Origin: Ranitomeya imitator
Taxonomy: Eukaryota
Reading direction: 5' to 3'
Length of the DNA stretch: 64,000 nt
NCBI RefSeq assembly: GCF_032444005.1
Contig: NC_091283.1
Coordinates: 28,954,001-29,018,000 of the forward strand
The position numbers and the translations under genes were made by a program. Below, one piece after another: positions 35,960 through 49,075 of the stretch. Position 1 is the stretch's first letter, and every line of letters begins with the position of its first letter. Below the pieces are notes generated by a model. That model did no database searches. It saw only the letters and a list, made by a program, of their open reading frames with translations, and was not told the origin of the DNA.

Positions 35960-37760
35960 GCAATCAGCATAAATAAGTACACCCCTTTCGAAAAGTACAA
36001 TTTTAATCAATATCTCACTGAACACGAACAATTTTCCAAATTTTGACAAAACTCAGTCTCATAAAACATTTTTTTCACTTATAACATGACAGTGAGGTTA
36101 ATAACATAACTTTCTTTACAAAATGTTGTTTTACTGAAATTGGTTGATGCAAAAATGAGTACACCCACATCAAATACTCCTATGTCTAGTATTGTGTATG
36201 TGAGTCGCCCCCAGGGCTGTGGGGATACTCGGTACCGGGTCCGGTCGCACTTAAAGGGGATGTCACAGTGGCTGCGACCCGGTCCGTGGCCCTGGGCGCT
36301 CAATTAAAAGGGGAAAGATCTTTTAAGGGGATTTGATAAGTCTATGTTCGTGATGCTACCTGTGGATCTCGCTCAGACGGGACCAACGCTGCTTAAAGGG
36401 GTCCTCTGGGGTGATGTTGTTGCAGCAAGATGGTAACGCTTCCCACAGGTGAAGCGGGGTCCCCAGGGCTCCCAAGGTGTATGGCAAGGATGATGGGTTG
36501 CCGGTAAATAACGGAGGACACAGGGCTGCAGTCTTTACCTGGTGTACTGAAGTTGTTGTCAGCCTCAGTCCAGGGTACCGGCAACAGGTCCAGAAGGAGT
36601 CCAGGCAGTGTGAAAACAAGTCGAAGTCCCCTTTGCAGGTCAGGTTAAGAGCCTTCCACTATGCGCTGGTATTCTGGTCCCTTGCTGCTTATAGTTTGCA
36701 GGCAAGGTACCCCTTTCTCTCCTGTCCTGGGACAGTACCTGCACGGTAGGCAACTTGAGCCGTTCTCTTGGGGTCTCTGACGTGGTAACTCCAGGCTCCA
36801 ACTGTTGTTGTACCTCAGGCATTGTATGGGCAATTTGCTTAGCGTTCTATGCCCTCCGGTTCTGCTATGGGGCTTGCAGCTCCCCACAGCCTCGGGCTCC
36901 CGGCACCCGATCTCTGCGCTATGGCTCCTAGAAGGCCCAATTGCAGCCTCCTTGAGCTCTCAATCTCTCCTCTGCTCCTTCCCTTTCACTGTTCACTCAC
37001 ACACTGTCTGCTCTCACTGGTCTCCTGGGACCAACTGTCTGACTCCTCCTCCAGACCAGGATCTTTATTTAAGGAAGCTACCCTAAAACCGGGTTTAGAG
37101 CTCCCCCTCCTGGCCTGATTGAGAAGGTGTTATGTGTAAGATTTACCTGCCAAAGGGATTCCACTTGTCTCCAAGCATGGCACTACCCTCCCCGAGAGGA
37201 GGGCAGCATCACTGTGGTACCCAAACTCCTGGGGTGCCACATATGACCTTCCTGATTATTAAGGACGGCACCAAGTCTTCTAGGCCTTTGATGAAGAAGT
37301 TGGTGACATATTGTAGCACCTATCTTTCTCCATTCTACAAGAACGAGCTCTTTTAGACCCCAGTTGCTGGATGGAGAAATATGACAACTTATCTCTTCAG
37401 ACTTCCTCATAGATGTTCGGTTGGGTAAGATCAGGAGACACTTGGCCACTGAATCGCTTTACCCTGTGCTTTTTCAGAAATGCAACAGTGGCCTTAGATG
37501 TTGGAGAGGTATATGTCTACCACAGGCCCAGAGTGATGGTGGCATCTTCTTTTTCACTATAAAGTCACCACATCTGAAAATTCATTATATCATCAATGAA
37601 TTGTAGTTCTCAAACACCAGCAGCGCTCATGCAGCCCCACGTAAGGACAGTGCCTCCACCATGTCTCACTGTAGGCACCAGGCATTTTTCTAAATTAATT
37701 TTTGTAAATGCACAGTGCCTACAGTGAGACCTGGTGCTGTGCACTGCATATACATGTCAC
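35960..37760. mobile_element. Decayed Tc1-like relic hosting a solo LTR
   Basis: TACAGCAATCAGCATAAATAAGTACACCCC TIR-like start; transposase-like remnants after 37245. Confidence 0.5.
36201..37241 (+). mobile_element. Solo LTR (1041 bp), related to 34879-35907
   Basis: TGAGTCGCCC...GGGGTGCCACA with 4-bp TSD TATG. Confidence 0.8.
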
Positions 37761-37904
37761 TTTCTGAGTTCTATATTTTATGTTAGCTACATAGAAGGGT
37801 AGAGTTGGACGGGACCTCCAGGGTCATCATGTCTAACAGCAGTTATGTCGTCAAATCTCATCAGACATTATTCACATAGGTGGACACCAACAAGAGGTAG
37901 AATG

Positions 37905-38512
37905 TAATTTGGGAAAAGGTAAAAAGAGGGGAAAAATGTGAAGAAAAATTAACATTTATTAATGAATTATTAAATAATATATGTTTTATTAAAACAAATT
38001 CACATGCATCCCAGTAAGGATTTGAGTAAGTCCCAGTTAGTTGTCTTGTTATGTTATAATCACAACTGTGACCCACTAAGGTCCTGATATAAAACCTGAC
38101 TGCAGAGATACAATTAGATAGGATCCCTAACCATTATCTCTTGTTAATTATTGGTTGGGTTTCGTATATATCCATAAATAGAGTCTCAGATTTTATGCCT
38201 GATATAAAATATATAAATTGATGATGTCCAATAGACGCATGGCACAGGGTCAAAGATGTGTTATTGACCTCAGTGTTCAGTAATATGTATTATCAATAAA
38301 TTATGTAACTGGTATGATATAGCTGGTACTCCGTTATAATCTGTCACAGTTGTGAATATAACAAGACAACTAACTGTGACTGAATATACATCCTTACTAG
38401 GATCCTTACTATGTATGTATGTGAATTTGTTTTAATAAAACATATTATTTAATAAATAAAAGTTAATTTTTAATCACATTCTTTCCCCTCTTTTTTCCTT
38501 TTCCCAATTACC
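37905..38512. repeat. Older AT-rich fold-back with ~160-bp arms
   Basis: TTTTATTAAAACAAATTCACAT at ~37985 is mirrored by ATGTGAATTTGTTTTAATAAAA at ~38420. Confidence 0.7.
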
Positions 38513-39790
38513 TATCATCGTGTCCAACCCCCTACTCAGTACAGCGCAGGATTCACTAAACTATCTCAGACATCTTCACTAAACCATCTGTTTGAAGACT
38601 TCCAATGAAGAAGAACTCACCAGCTCTCGTGGCAGCCTGTTCCACTCATTGATCACCCTCACTGTCAAAACGTTTTTTTCTAATATCTAATCGGTATCTT
38701 CTCCCTTTCAGTTTAATTCCATTGCTTCTCGTGTTTCCATGTGCAAATGAAAATAATGATCCCTCTACACTGTGACAGCCCTTCAGATATTTGTAGACAG
38801 CAACTAAGTCTGCTCTCAGCCTTCTCTTTTGCAAGCAAAACATTCCCAGACCCTTTAACCGTTCCTCGTAGAACATACTTTGCAGTCCGCTCACCATCCT
38901 GGTAGCTCTTCTCTGAACTTGCTATAGTTTTTTATTGTCTTTTTTAAAATGTGCCCAGAACTGGACACAGTATTCAAGATGTGCCTGACCAAGGAGGAGT
39001 AGAGGGGGATAATTACTTCATGTGATCTAGACTCTGTGCTTCTGTTAATACATCTTAGAACTGTGTTTGCCTTTTTTGCTGCTGCATCATTCTGTTGACT
39101 CATGTGCAGTCTGTGATCTATTAGTATACCCAAGTATTTTTTACATGTGCTGTTGATTAGTTCTATTCCTCCCATTCTGTATATACATTTTTCAATTTTC
39201 TTGCCCAGATGTAGGACTTTGCATTTATCCCTGTTAAAAAACATTCTCTTAGTTTCTGCCCACAGTTCCAATTTGTTTAGATTGTTTTGAATCCTCTCTC
39301 TCTTCTCTAGTATTAGCTATCCCTCCTAGCTTTGTGTCAGCAGTAAATTTAATCAGTTTACCCTCAATGCCTTCATCTAAATCATTGATAAAGATGTTAA
39401 ACGACACTGGGCCCAGGAGAGAGCCTTGTGGTACCACACTTAAGACATTCTTCCAACTGGATGTGGAACCATTTATTACCACTCTTCGTGTCCGATAACT
39501 GAGCCAGTTATCCATCCACCTAACCGTAGCCTTGTCAATCCCATACTTGGCCATTTTTTCAATAAGGTTAGTATGAGATACTTTATCAAATATTTTGCTG
39601 AAGTCAAGATCTACTTTATCTACTGCATTTCCCTGATCCACCCAGTCAGTGATTCTATCATAGAAGGAAATTAAGTTAGTCTGACGTGACTTAATTACAA
39701 ACCCATGCTGGCTCTGGTTAATCATTTAATTCTCATAAAGTTACTTGAATACATGTTGCTTAATAATTTGTTTAAAGATCTTTCCTGGTA
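38510..39790 (-). mobile_element. 5'-truncated CR1 LINE with degenerate reverse transcriptase
   Basis: [53 protein letters not shown] across shifted frames. Confidence 0.92.
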
Positions 39791-40272
39791 TAGAGCAAAT
39801 GATTTACTAACCCTTAAATTTCTGTAGTGTGCTCCTCCGCTGCTCTCTACCGCTAGGACCGGACATTAGAGTCTTAGATCTGCAGAGATCAGAACTGGAG
39901 ACATCCATCAGTCCAGAGCCATGTATGGCTCTGCTATCAGGACAGATGTATATAATTATGTGGCCTCCCTGGATACAGTATATAGTCAGTGCAGAAAGAT
40001 ATAGCGTCACTGAAATATAGTAAAATACTGGCTATCAATCTGTAAATACTGTATATTCTGTGTGCAGCTGATCCTATAAAATTCTTCAATAATATATATT
40101 TTGGATATCAAGGTATTTTATTTTTAGCATTCATCTTTTTTTTTATATTTCCTCCACCGAGCTGTAGAGTTTTTAGCTATTTTTTATAATAACTTCAAAT
40201 AATTTTTACAATGTGAAAAATGGTGCCTTTACTCACCCGACATGATGACCCATATGTACGGCCTTGCCTATT

Positions 40273-40648
40273 AGGGTATGTGCACACATTGCGGGAATGG
40301 TGTGCGGATTTTTCCGCACTGATATTGATAAATCCGCACTGTGGATTTCCTGCGGAATTACCATGGATTTACCGCGGTTTTTGTGCGGATTCCACCTGAG
40401 GATTTACACCTGCGGATTCCTATTGAAGAGCAGGTGTAAACCGCTGTGGAATCCACATAAAGAATTGACATGCTGCGGAATAAACAACGCAGCGTTTCCA
40501 CGTGTTTTTTTTCCGCAGCATGTGCACTGTGGATTTTGTTTTCCATAGGTTTACATGGTATTGTAAACTCATGGAAAACTGCTGCAAATCCGCAGCGGCC
40601 AATCCGCTGCAGATCTGCAGCAAAATCCGCAACATGTGCACATAGCCT
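40273..40648. mobile_element. T2/Kolobok-type MITE
   Basis: AGGGTATGTGCACAC...ATGTGCACATAGCCT termini; palindromic GCGG-rich interior. Confidence 0.7.
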
Positions 40649-40774
40649 TGGTGCACGGCGTCCATTGTGTTTCTGTTATTTTCAATGGCAGCTGTGATAA
40701 TGGAGGGAAGATGGACCAGATGACAAGTAGGATGTGGGGATTTGTTCTAATTTTGTCTTTTCTTGTTATTATAG

Positions 40775-40804
40775 AAAGGAAAGGACGGTACAAGGCGCCC
40801 AGTG
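40775..40804 (+). CDS. MHC class I-like cytoplasmic exon
   Basis: Strong polypyrimidine-tag acceptor, g|gtgagt donor, 30 bp, phase 1; continues the frame as KRKGRYKAPS. Confidence 0.75.
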
Positions 40805-42711
40805 GTGAGTATTGTGTGCCTGTGCCGAGATGTTGCACGCCCTGTGATGGTGAGGGGTGAATAATAATAATGACAATAGGGAAGGCTGAGGGGTATATTG
40901 AGCAATCTCCGGACTCAGTGTAGGACATCACTTCATTAACATTTCACAACATTACACAGTATAGGGGAACACGGACATGAGTGATATCCACTGCAAACCT
41001 CCTGTAGTGAAAAATGCAGTGAAATCCGCAGAGGTAAATAGAACTGCAAATTTCATTATGGAAGTGGTGCGTTTAAGCTGCATATTTTACCCTTTGCGCT
41101 GCCCATTAGCAATACTTTGTGAACATATCCCCACAGGGAACCTGTCACTGGATTTGTGCTAAAACACCAGATGTTTCAGGTCTTTAGTAGTGATGAGTGA
41201 GAATACTTGTTGCTTGGGTTTTCACGAGCACGCTCGGGTGGTCTCCGAGTAATTGTTAGTGCTCGGAGATTTACGGTAGTTTTTGGCCATGCAGCTGCAT
41301 GATTTACAGCTGCTAGACAGGCTGAATACATGTTAGGATTCCCTAGCAAGCTGGCAACCCCCACATGTATTCAGGCTGTCCAGCAGCCATAACTCATGCA
41401 GCTGAGGCGAAGAAAACTGAATCTCCGAGCACACCCAAATACTCAGAGATCGCCCGAGCAATGAGAATACTCGCTCATCACTAGTTAGCAGCTTTACAAA
41501 CATGCCCATAGTGGCGTGAATGACATTACTGAGAATGTCCAATGTCACCAGAATCGCTCCTGAAATAAACTTGTCTCGGCCCTCACTTATGTGTTGGTGT
41601 TTATGTGAAATAGAAATGTTTTGCCTAAAAAGTTTAATAAAAGAGAAGACAAGGTCCTTAATTGTCAGCTAAATGTCAGCAGTCTGTGGCCAGTAAAAAG
41701 TCCCGCAATACCTGTTTATTTTTTACATTGATGAATTGTAGCGTATAAGGAAAAAATCATAGGCAAAGAACCAGAATATAATAAAAAATGAAGCTGTACT
41801 GAAAACAATGAAACTGTTTACAAAAATAAATAAATAAAAAGTGGGAAACGAGCAAGTGGTATCACAACAAAAAGACCAGCAGGAGGCGTTGTGCTGAAAC
41901 GTACGTCGGTGCTGGGCAGCGCATCCTGCAGGAGGCAATGGTACTATCATATGTATGTAAATATCTGCTGATTACTGATTAACTCTTGATTGTAATCTAT
42001 AGGTGGGTGACACCACAAGTCAACACTGTGCTATGCTGTTGATATGCCCTGATATGCATGGAGTATCTGACTTATCCGATATGTATTACTTATTTTTGCA
42101 GTATATATTGTGCTGACTCCTTTATTTAGTGATATAAATTTGTTGAGAAAAAAAAATGTCTCCCTCAAAATAGTGCCGGCCGCACCTGCGCAGTAGCATA
42201 ATTCGGAACATGATAAATGCTACAGGCGCCATCGCTGGTGGAAAAAAGAAAATTGACTCCACCAAGATGGCACCAGTGGCGCCTGCGCAATAGCATCTAT
42301 CGTATGAGTTTTTAATTTTCTCAACAAATTTGTATCAGTAAATAAAATGAATATATGGATATTATAGATCTGATCATGCTACAGCGCAGGCGCTGCTGTC
42401 GGCATGATGAATGTATTTCAAAACAATAAGATATACAGCATGTAAAATAGGGGCAGTCAGTGAGGGATCAGCGACCTGTTATAAGCCACACAGATGAAAA
42501 TGTAAGCGGATCACCACATTAAACCCCGCCCACAGCCCCACCCACAGTCCCGCCCACAGCCATGCCCACAGCCGATCCCACAGTTCCACCCACAGCTGCG
42601 CCCACAGCCACACCCACAACCCCACCCACACCCACAGCCCCACCCACAGTCCCGCCCAAGAGCACGAGAATCTCATTCACTGATAAATACAAATAAAGAT
42701 TACCAAGTAAT

Positions 42712-42871
42712 GGTAAACTGACTGAACAGAGAACTAGTCTGAACTGGTGCATAACCAAAAACAACTTACATAGCAAATAGATAAATGGCTGCACTCAACT
42801 ATCTATTTGCTATGTAAGTTGTTTTTGGTTATGCACCAGTTCAGACTAGATCTCTGTTCAGTCAGTTTACC
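42712..42871. repeat. Near-perfect hairpin with 72-bp arms next to the Helitron 3' end
   Basis: Arms 42712-42783 and 42800-42871, one mismatch, loop AATGGCTGCACTCAAC. Confidence 0.9.
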
Positions 42872-43360
42872 TATATTTACTACTAGATGGCAGCCCGATT
42901 CTAAAGAATCGGGAGTCTAGAATCCATATATACTTTATTTATTCAAATGTAAGAATAATACAATTAATAAATAATAGTAAGAAAGAACAAAAAATGGCTG
43001 CACTCACCAGCTCTTGACAATTCTTGTTATTTAAGGTACAGTTACACAGGATCCATGAACATGCTTATGAGGGGAGGGATGAAAGACATCAGACGACAAC
43101 TTCGCTTGCATCTCTCCTCTGTACTCTTGTTAGCACGCTGTTTGCGCTTACGTGCGGCATCGGCGGCTTTTCGCTCTGCATCATTACCATACTTTATATC
43201 AGACCTGATCTTACGTGCGCCATCAGCAGCTTTTGACTCTGTGTCATTAGTATACTTAACAGTATCCAGGCGCTTGCATCTATCCTCTGTACTCTTGTTA
43301 GCACGCTGTTTGCGCTTACGTGCGGCAACGGCGTCTTTTTGCTCTGCATTATTAGTATAC

Positions 43361-46300
43361 TGTTGTGAATTCTGTGGCTGAATTCACTCCTGTGGTCACA
43401 AGTGGTACTGCAGCTTCTGAGCTTCCTCCCTCAGGTGATCTGGTGAGCTCGTTAGCTGCTTCATTATTTAACTCCACCTGATACTGTTTTCCTTGCTCCC
43501 TGTCAATGTTCCAGTGTTGGATCTGAGCTTCTCCTGATCGTTCCTGTGACCTGCTGCTCTGCTGAGCTAAGTGCTTCCTTGCTATTTTGTTGTTTTATTT
43601 TTTGTCCAGCTTGTCCTTTGGTTTTGCTGGAAGCTCTGAGACGCAAAGGGTGTACCGCCGTGCCGTTAGTTCGGCACGGTGGTTCTTTTTGCCCCCTTTG
43701 CGTGGTTTTTTCTTTAGGGTTTTTTGTAGACTGCAAAGTTCTCTTTACTATCCTCGCTCTATTTAGAATATCGGGCCTCACTTTGCTGAATCTATTTCAT
43801 CCCTATGTTTTGTCTTTTCATCTTACTCACAGTCATTACATGTGGGGGGCTGCCTTTTCCTTTGGGGTATTTCTCTGAGGCAAGCCAGGCTTATTTTTCT
43901 ATCTTCAGGCTAGTCAGTTTCTCAGGCTGTGCCGAGTTGCATAGGTATTGTCAGGCGCAATCCACAGCCGCCTTTAGTTGTGTTTAGGATAGGTTCAGGT
44001 ATTGCAATCTACAGAGATTCCACGTCTCAGAGCTCGTGCTATTGTTTTTGGGTTATTATCAGATCACTGTATGTGCTCTGATCGCTTGGTACACTGTGTC
44101 ACTGGATTGCCTTTCATAACAGTACAGGGAGCCAACACTAATGATTCTCAATAGAGGGAAAAAAGAAGTTCTGACATCATTTTTTTTTCTCAGCTCTGTG
44201 TTCAGTCTTTTTTTTCCCCTAGACATTTGGGTGTTTCAGGACACAGGTGTGGACATGGATATTCAGGGTCTGTGCTCTTCAATGGATAATCTCGTTATAA
44301 ATGTACAAAAGATTCAAGATACTATTGATCAGAAATCTATGCTAGAACCAAGAATTCCTATTCCTGATTTGTTTTTTGGTGATAGAACTAAGTTTCTGAG
44401 CTTCAAAAATAATTGTAAGCTATTTCTGGCCTTGAAACCTCATTCTTCTGGTAATCCAATTCAACAGGTTTTGATTATTATTTCTTTTTTGCGCGGCGAC
44501 CCTCAGGACTGGGCATTTTCCCTTGCGCCAGGAGATCCTGCATTGAGTAGTGTCGATGCGTTTTTTCTGGCGCTCGGATTACTGTATGATGAGCCTAATT
44601 CAGTGGATCAGGCTGAGAAAAATTTGCTGGCTTTGTGCCAGGGTCAGGATGAGATAGAAGTATATTGTCAGAAATTTAGGAAGTGGTCAGTACTCACTCA
44701 GTGGAATGAATCTGCGCTGGCAGCTTTGTTCAGAAAGGGTCTCTCTGAGGCTCTTAAGGATGTCATGGTGGGATTTCCTATGCCTGCTGGTTTGAATGAG
44801 TCTATGTCTTTGGCCATTCAGATCGGTCGACGCTTGCGCGAGCGTAAATCTGTGCACCATTTGGCGGTATTGCCTGAGATTAAACCTGAGCCTTTGCAGT
44901 GCGATAGGACTATGACCAGAGTTGAACGGCAAGAACACAGACATCTGAATGGGCTGTGTTTCTACTGTGGTGATTCCACTCATACTATTTCTGATTGTCC
45001 TAAGCGCACTAAGCGGTTCGCTAGGTCTGCCGTCATTGGTACTGTACAGTCCAAATTCCTTCTGTCCGTTACCTTGATATGCTCTTTGTCATCGTATTCT
45101 GTCATGGCGTTTGTGGATTCAGGCGCTGCCCTGAATCTGATGGATTTGGACTATGCTAAACGTTGTGGGTTTTTCTTAGAGCCTTTGCGGTGTCCTATTC
45201 CATTGAGAGGAATTGATGCTACACCTTTGGCCAAGAATAAACCTCAGTACTGGGCCCAGCTGACCATGTGCATGGCTCCTGCACATCAGGAGGTTATTCG
45301 CTTTCTGGTGCTACATAATCTGCATGATGTGGTCGTGTTGGGGTTGCCATGGCTGCAAACCCATAATCCAGTATTGGATTGGAATTCCATGTCGGTATCC
45401 AGCTGGGGTTGTCAGGGGGCACATGGTGATGTTCCAGTTTTGTCAATTTCATCATCCACCCCTTCTGAGGTCCCAGAGTTCTTGTCTGATTATCAGGATG
45501 TATTTGAAGAGCCCAAGTCCGATGCCCTACCTCCACATAGGGATTGTGATTGTGCTATCAATTTGATTCCTGGTAGTAAGTTCCCTAAAGGTCGATTATT
45601 TAATTTATCCGTGCCTGAACACGCCGCTATGCGCAGTTATGTGAAGGAATCCCTGGAGAAGGGGCATATTCGCCCATCGTCATCACCACTGGGAGCAGGG
45701 TTCTTTTTTGTAGCCAAGAAGGATGGTTCGCTGAGACCGTGTATTGATTACCACCTTCTTAATAAGATCACTGTTAAATTTCAGTATCCCTTGCCATTGT
45801 TATCTGACTTGTTTGCTCGGATTAAGGGGGCTAGTTGGTTCACTAAGATAGATCTTCGTGGTGCGTATAATCTGGTGAGAATCAGGCAAGGAGATGAATG
45901 GAAAACTGCATTTAATACGCCCGAGGGTCATTTTGAGTATCTAGTGATGCCGTTCGGACTTGCCAATGCTCCATCTGTGTTTCAGTCTTTTATGCATGAC
46001 ATCTTCCGTGAGTATCTGGATAAATTCCTGATTGTTTACTTGGATGACATTTTGATCTTCTCGGATGATTGGGAGTCTCATGTGAAGCAGGTCAGAATGG
46101 TTTTTCAGGTCCTGCGTGCTAATTCTTTGTTTGTGAAGGGATCAAAGTGTCTCTTTGGTGTGCAGAAAGTTTCATTTTTGGGGTTCATCTTTTCCCCTTC
46201 TACTATCGAGATGGATCCGGTTAAGGTCCAAGCCATCCAAGATTGGACTCAGCCGACATCTCTGAAAAGTCTGCAAAAGTTCCTGGGCTTTGCTAATTTT

Positions 46301-49075
46301 TATCGTCGCTTCATCTGTAATTTTTCTAGCATTGCCAAACCATTGACCGATTTGACCAAGAAGGGTGCTGATTTGGTTAATTGGTCTTCTGCTGCTGTGG
46401 AAGCTTTTCAGGAGTTGAAGCGTCGTTTTTGTTCTGCCCCAGTGTTGTGTCAGCCAGATGTTTCTCTTCCGTTCCAGGTCGAGGTGGATGCTTCTGAGAT
46501 TGGAGCAGGGGCGGTCTTGTCACAGAGAGGTTCTGGTTGCTCAGTGATGAAACCATGTGCTTTCTTTTCCAGGAAGTTTTCGCCCGCTGAGCGTAATTAT
46601 GATGTGGGCAACCGAGAGTTGCTGGCCATGAAGTGGGCATTCGAGGAGTGGCATCATTGGCTTGAAGAGCTAAACATCGTGTGGTGGTATTGACTGATCA
46701 TAAGAACTTGACCTATCTCGAGTCTGCCAAGCGCTTGAATCCTAGACAGGCCCGTTGGTCGTTATTTTTTGCCCGTTTCGACTTTGTGATTTCGTACCTT
46801 CCGGGCTCTAAAAATGTGAAGGCGGATGCTCTGTCTAGGAGTTTTGTGCCCGACTCTCCGGGTTTATCTGAACCGGCGGGTATTCTCAAGGAAGGTGTCA
46901 TTTTGTCTGCTATCTCCCCTGATTTGCGGAGGGTGCTGCAAAAATTTCAGGCTAATAAACCTGATCGTTGTCCAGCGGAGAAACTGTTCGTCCCTGATAG
47001 GTGGACAAATAAAGTTATCTCTGAACTTCATTGTTCGGTGTTGGCTGGTCATCCTGGAATCTTTGGTACCAGAGAGTTGGTGGCTAGATCCTTCTGGTGG
47101 CCATCTCTGTCACGGGATGTACGTACTTTTGTGCAGTCCTGTGGGATTTGTGCTAGGGCTAAGCCCTGCTGTTCTCGTGCCAGTGGGTTGCTCTTGCCCT
47201 TGCCGGTCCCAAAGAGACCTTGGACACATATCTCGATGGATTTTATTTCTGACCTTCCCGTTTCTCAAAAGATGTCAGTCATTTGGGTGGTCTGTGATCG
47301 CTTTTCTAAAATGGTCCATCTGGTGCCCTTGGTTAAATTGCCTTCCTCCTCTGATTTGGTGCCTTTGTTCTTCCAGCATGTGGTTCGTTTGCATGGCATT
47401 CCTGAGAATATTGTTTCTGACAGAGGTTCCCAGTTTGTTTCAAGGTTTTGGCGAGCCTTTTGTGGTAGGATGGGCATTGACCTATCTTTTTCCTCGGCTT
47501 TCCATCCTCAGACTAATGGCCAGACCGACCGAACCAATCAGACCTTGGAAACATATCTGAGATGTTTTGTTTCTGCAGACCAGGATGACTGGGTGTCCTT
47601 TTTGCCGTTGGCTGAGTTCGCCCTTAATAATCGGGCCAGCTCGGCTACCTTGGTTTCTCCATTTTTCTGCAATTCTGGGTTCCATCCTCGTTTCTCTTCA
47701 GGACAGGTTGAGGCTTCGGACTGTCCTGGTGTGGATACTGTGGTGGACAGGTTGCAGCAGATTTGGACTCAGGTAGTGGACAATTTGACCTTGTCCCAGG
47801 AGAAGGCTCAACTTTTCGCTAATCGCAGACGCCGTGTGGGTCCTCGACTTCGTGTTGGGGATCTGGTTTGGTTGTCTTCTCGTCATATTCCTATGAAGGT
47901 TTCCTCTCCTAAATTTAAGCCTCGTTTTATTGGTCAGTATAGGATTTCTGAGGTTCTTAATCCTGTGTCTTTTCGTCTGACTCTCCCGGACTCTTTTTCC
48001 ATACATAATGTCTTCCATAGGTCGTTGTTGCGGAGATATGTGGTACCTATGGTTCCATCTGTTGAGCCTCCTGCCCCGGTGTTGGTGGAGGGGGAATTGG
48101 AGTATATTGTGGAGAAGATTTTGGATTCTCGTATTTCTAGACGGAAACTCCAGTATCTGGTTAAGTGGAAGGGTTATGCTCAGGAAGATAATTCCTGGGT
48201 TTTTGCCTCTGATGTCCATGCCCCCGATCTTGTTCGTGCCTTTCATGTGGCGCATCCTGGTCGGCCTGGGGGTTCTGGTGAGGGTTCGGTGACCCCTCCT
48301 CAAGGGGGGGGTACTGTTGTGAATTCTGTGGCTGAATTCACTCCTGTGGTCACAAGTGGTACTGCAGCTTCTGAGCTTCCTCCTTCAGGTGATCTGGTGA
48401 GCTCGTTAGCTGCTTCATTATTTAACTCCACCTGATACTGTTTTCCTTGCTCCCTGTCAATGTTCCAGTGTTGGATCTAAGCTTCTCCTGATCGTTCCTG
48501 TGACCTGCTGCTCTGCTGAGCTAAGTGCTTCCTTGCTATTTTGTTGTTTTATTTTTTGTCCAGCTTGTCCTTTGGTTTTGCTGGAAGCTCTGAGACGCAA
48601 AGGGTGTACCGCCGTGCCGTTAGTTCGGCACGGTGGTTCTTTTTGCCCCCTTTGCGTGGTTTTTTCTTTAGGGTTTTTTGTAGACTGCAAAGTTCTCTTT
48701 ACTATCCTCGCTCTATTTAGAATATCGGGCCTCACTTTGCTGAATCTATTTCATCCCTATGTTTTGTCTTTTCATCTTACTCACAGTCATTACATGTGGG
48801 GGGCTGCCTTTTCCTTTGGGGTATTTCTCTGAGGCAAGCCAGGCTTATTTTTCTATCTTCAGGCTAGTCAGTTTCTCAGGCTGTGCCGAGTTGCATAGGT
48901 ATTGTCATGCGCAATCCGCAGCCGCCTTTAGTTGTGTTTAGGATAGGTTCAGGTATTGCAATCTACAGAGATTCCACGTCTCAGAGCTCGTGCTATTGTT
49001 TTTGGGTTATTATCAGATCACTGTATGTGCTCTGATCGCTTGGTACACTGTGTCACTGGATTGCCTTTCATAACA
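43361..49075 (+). mobile_element. Ty3/gypsy chromovirus copy C
   Basis: 761-bp LTRs 43361-44121 and 48315-49075 (4 mismatches seen), PPT, flanking direct repeat GTATAC. Confidence 0.97.
44255..48435 (+). pseudogene. Gag-pol of copy C with a single -1 frameshift in RNase H
   Basis: Same domains as copy A; GAAGAGCT at 46664-46671 versus GAAGGAGCT in copy A. Confidence 0.93.

Noticed and set aside
41870-41915. GAAACGTACGTC hammerhead-like tail
   Set aside because: No recognisable CUGANGA-type segment or stable stem II
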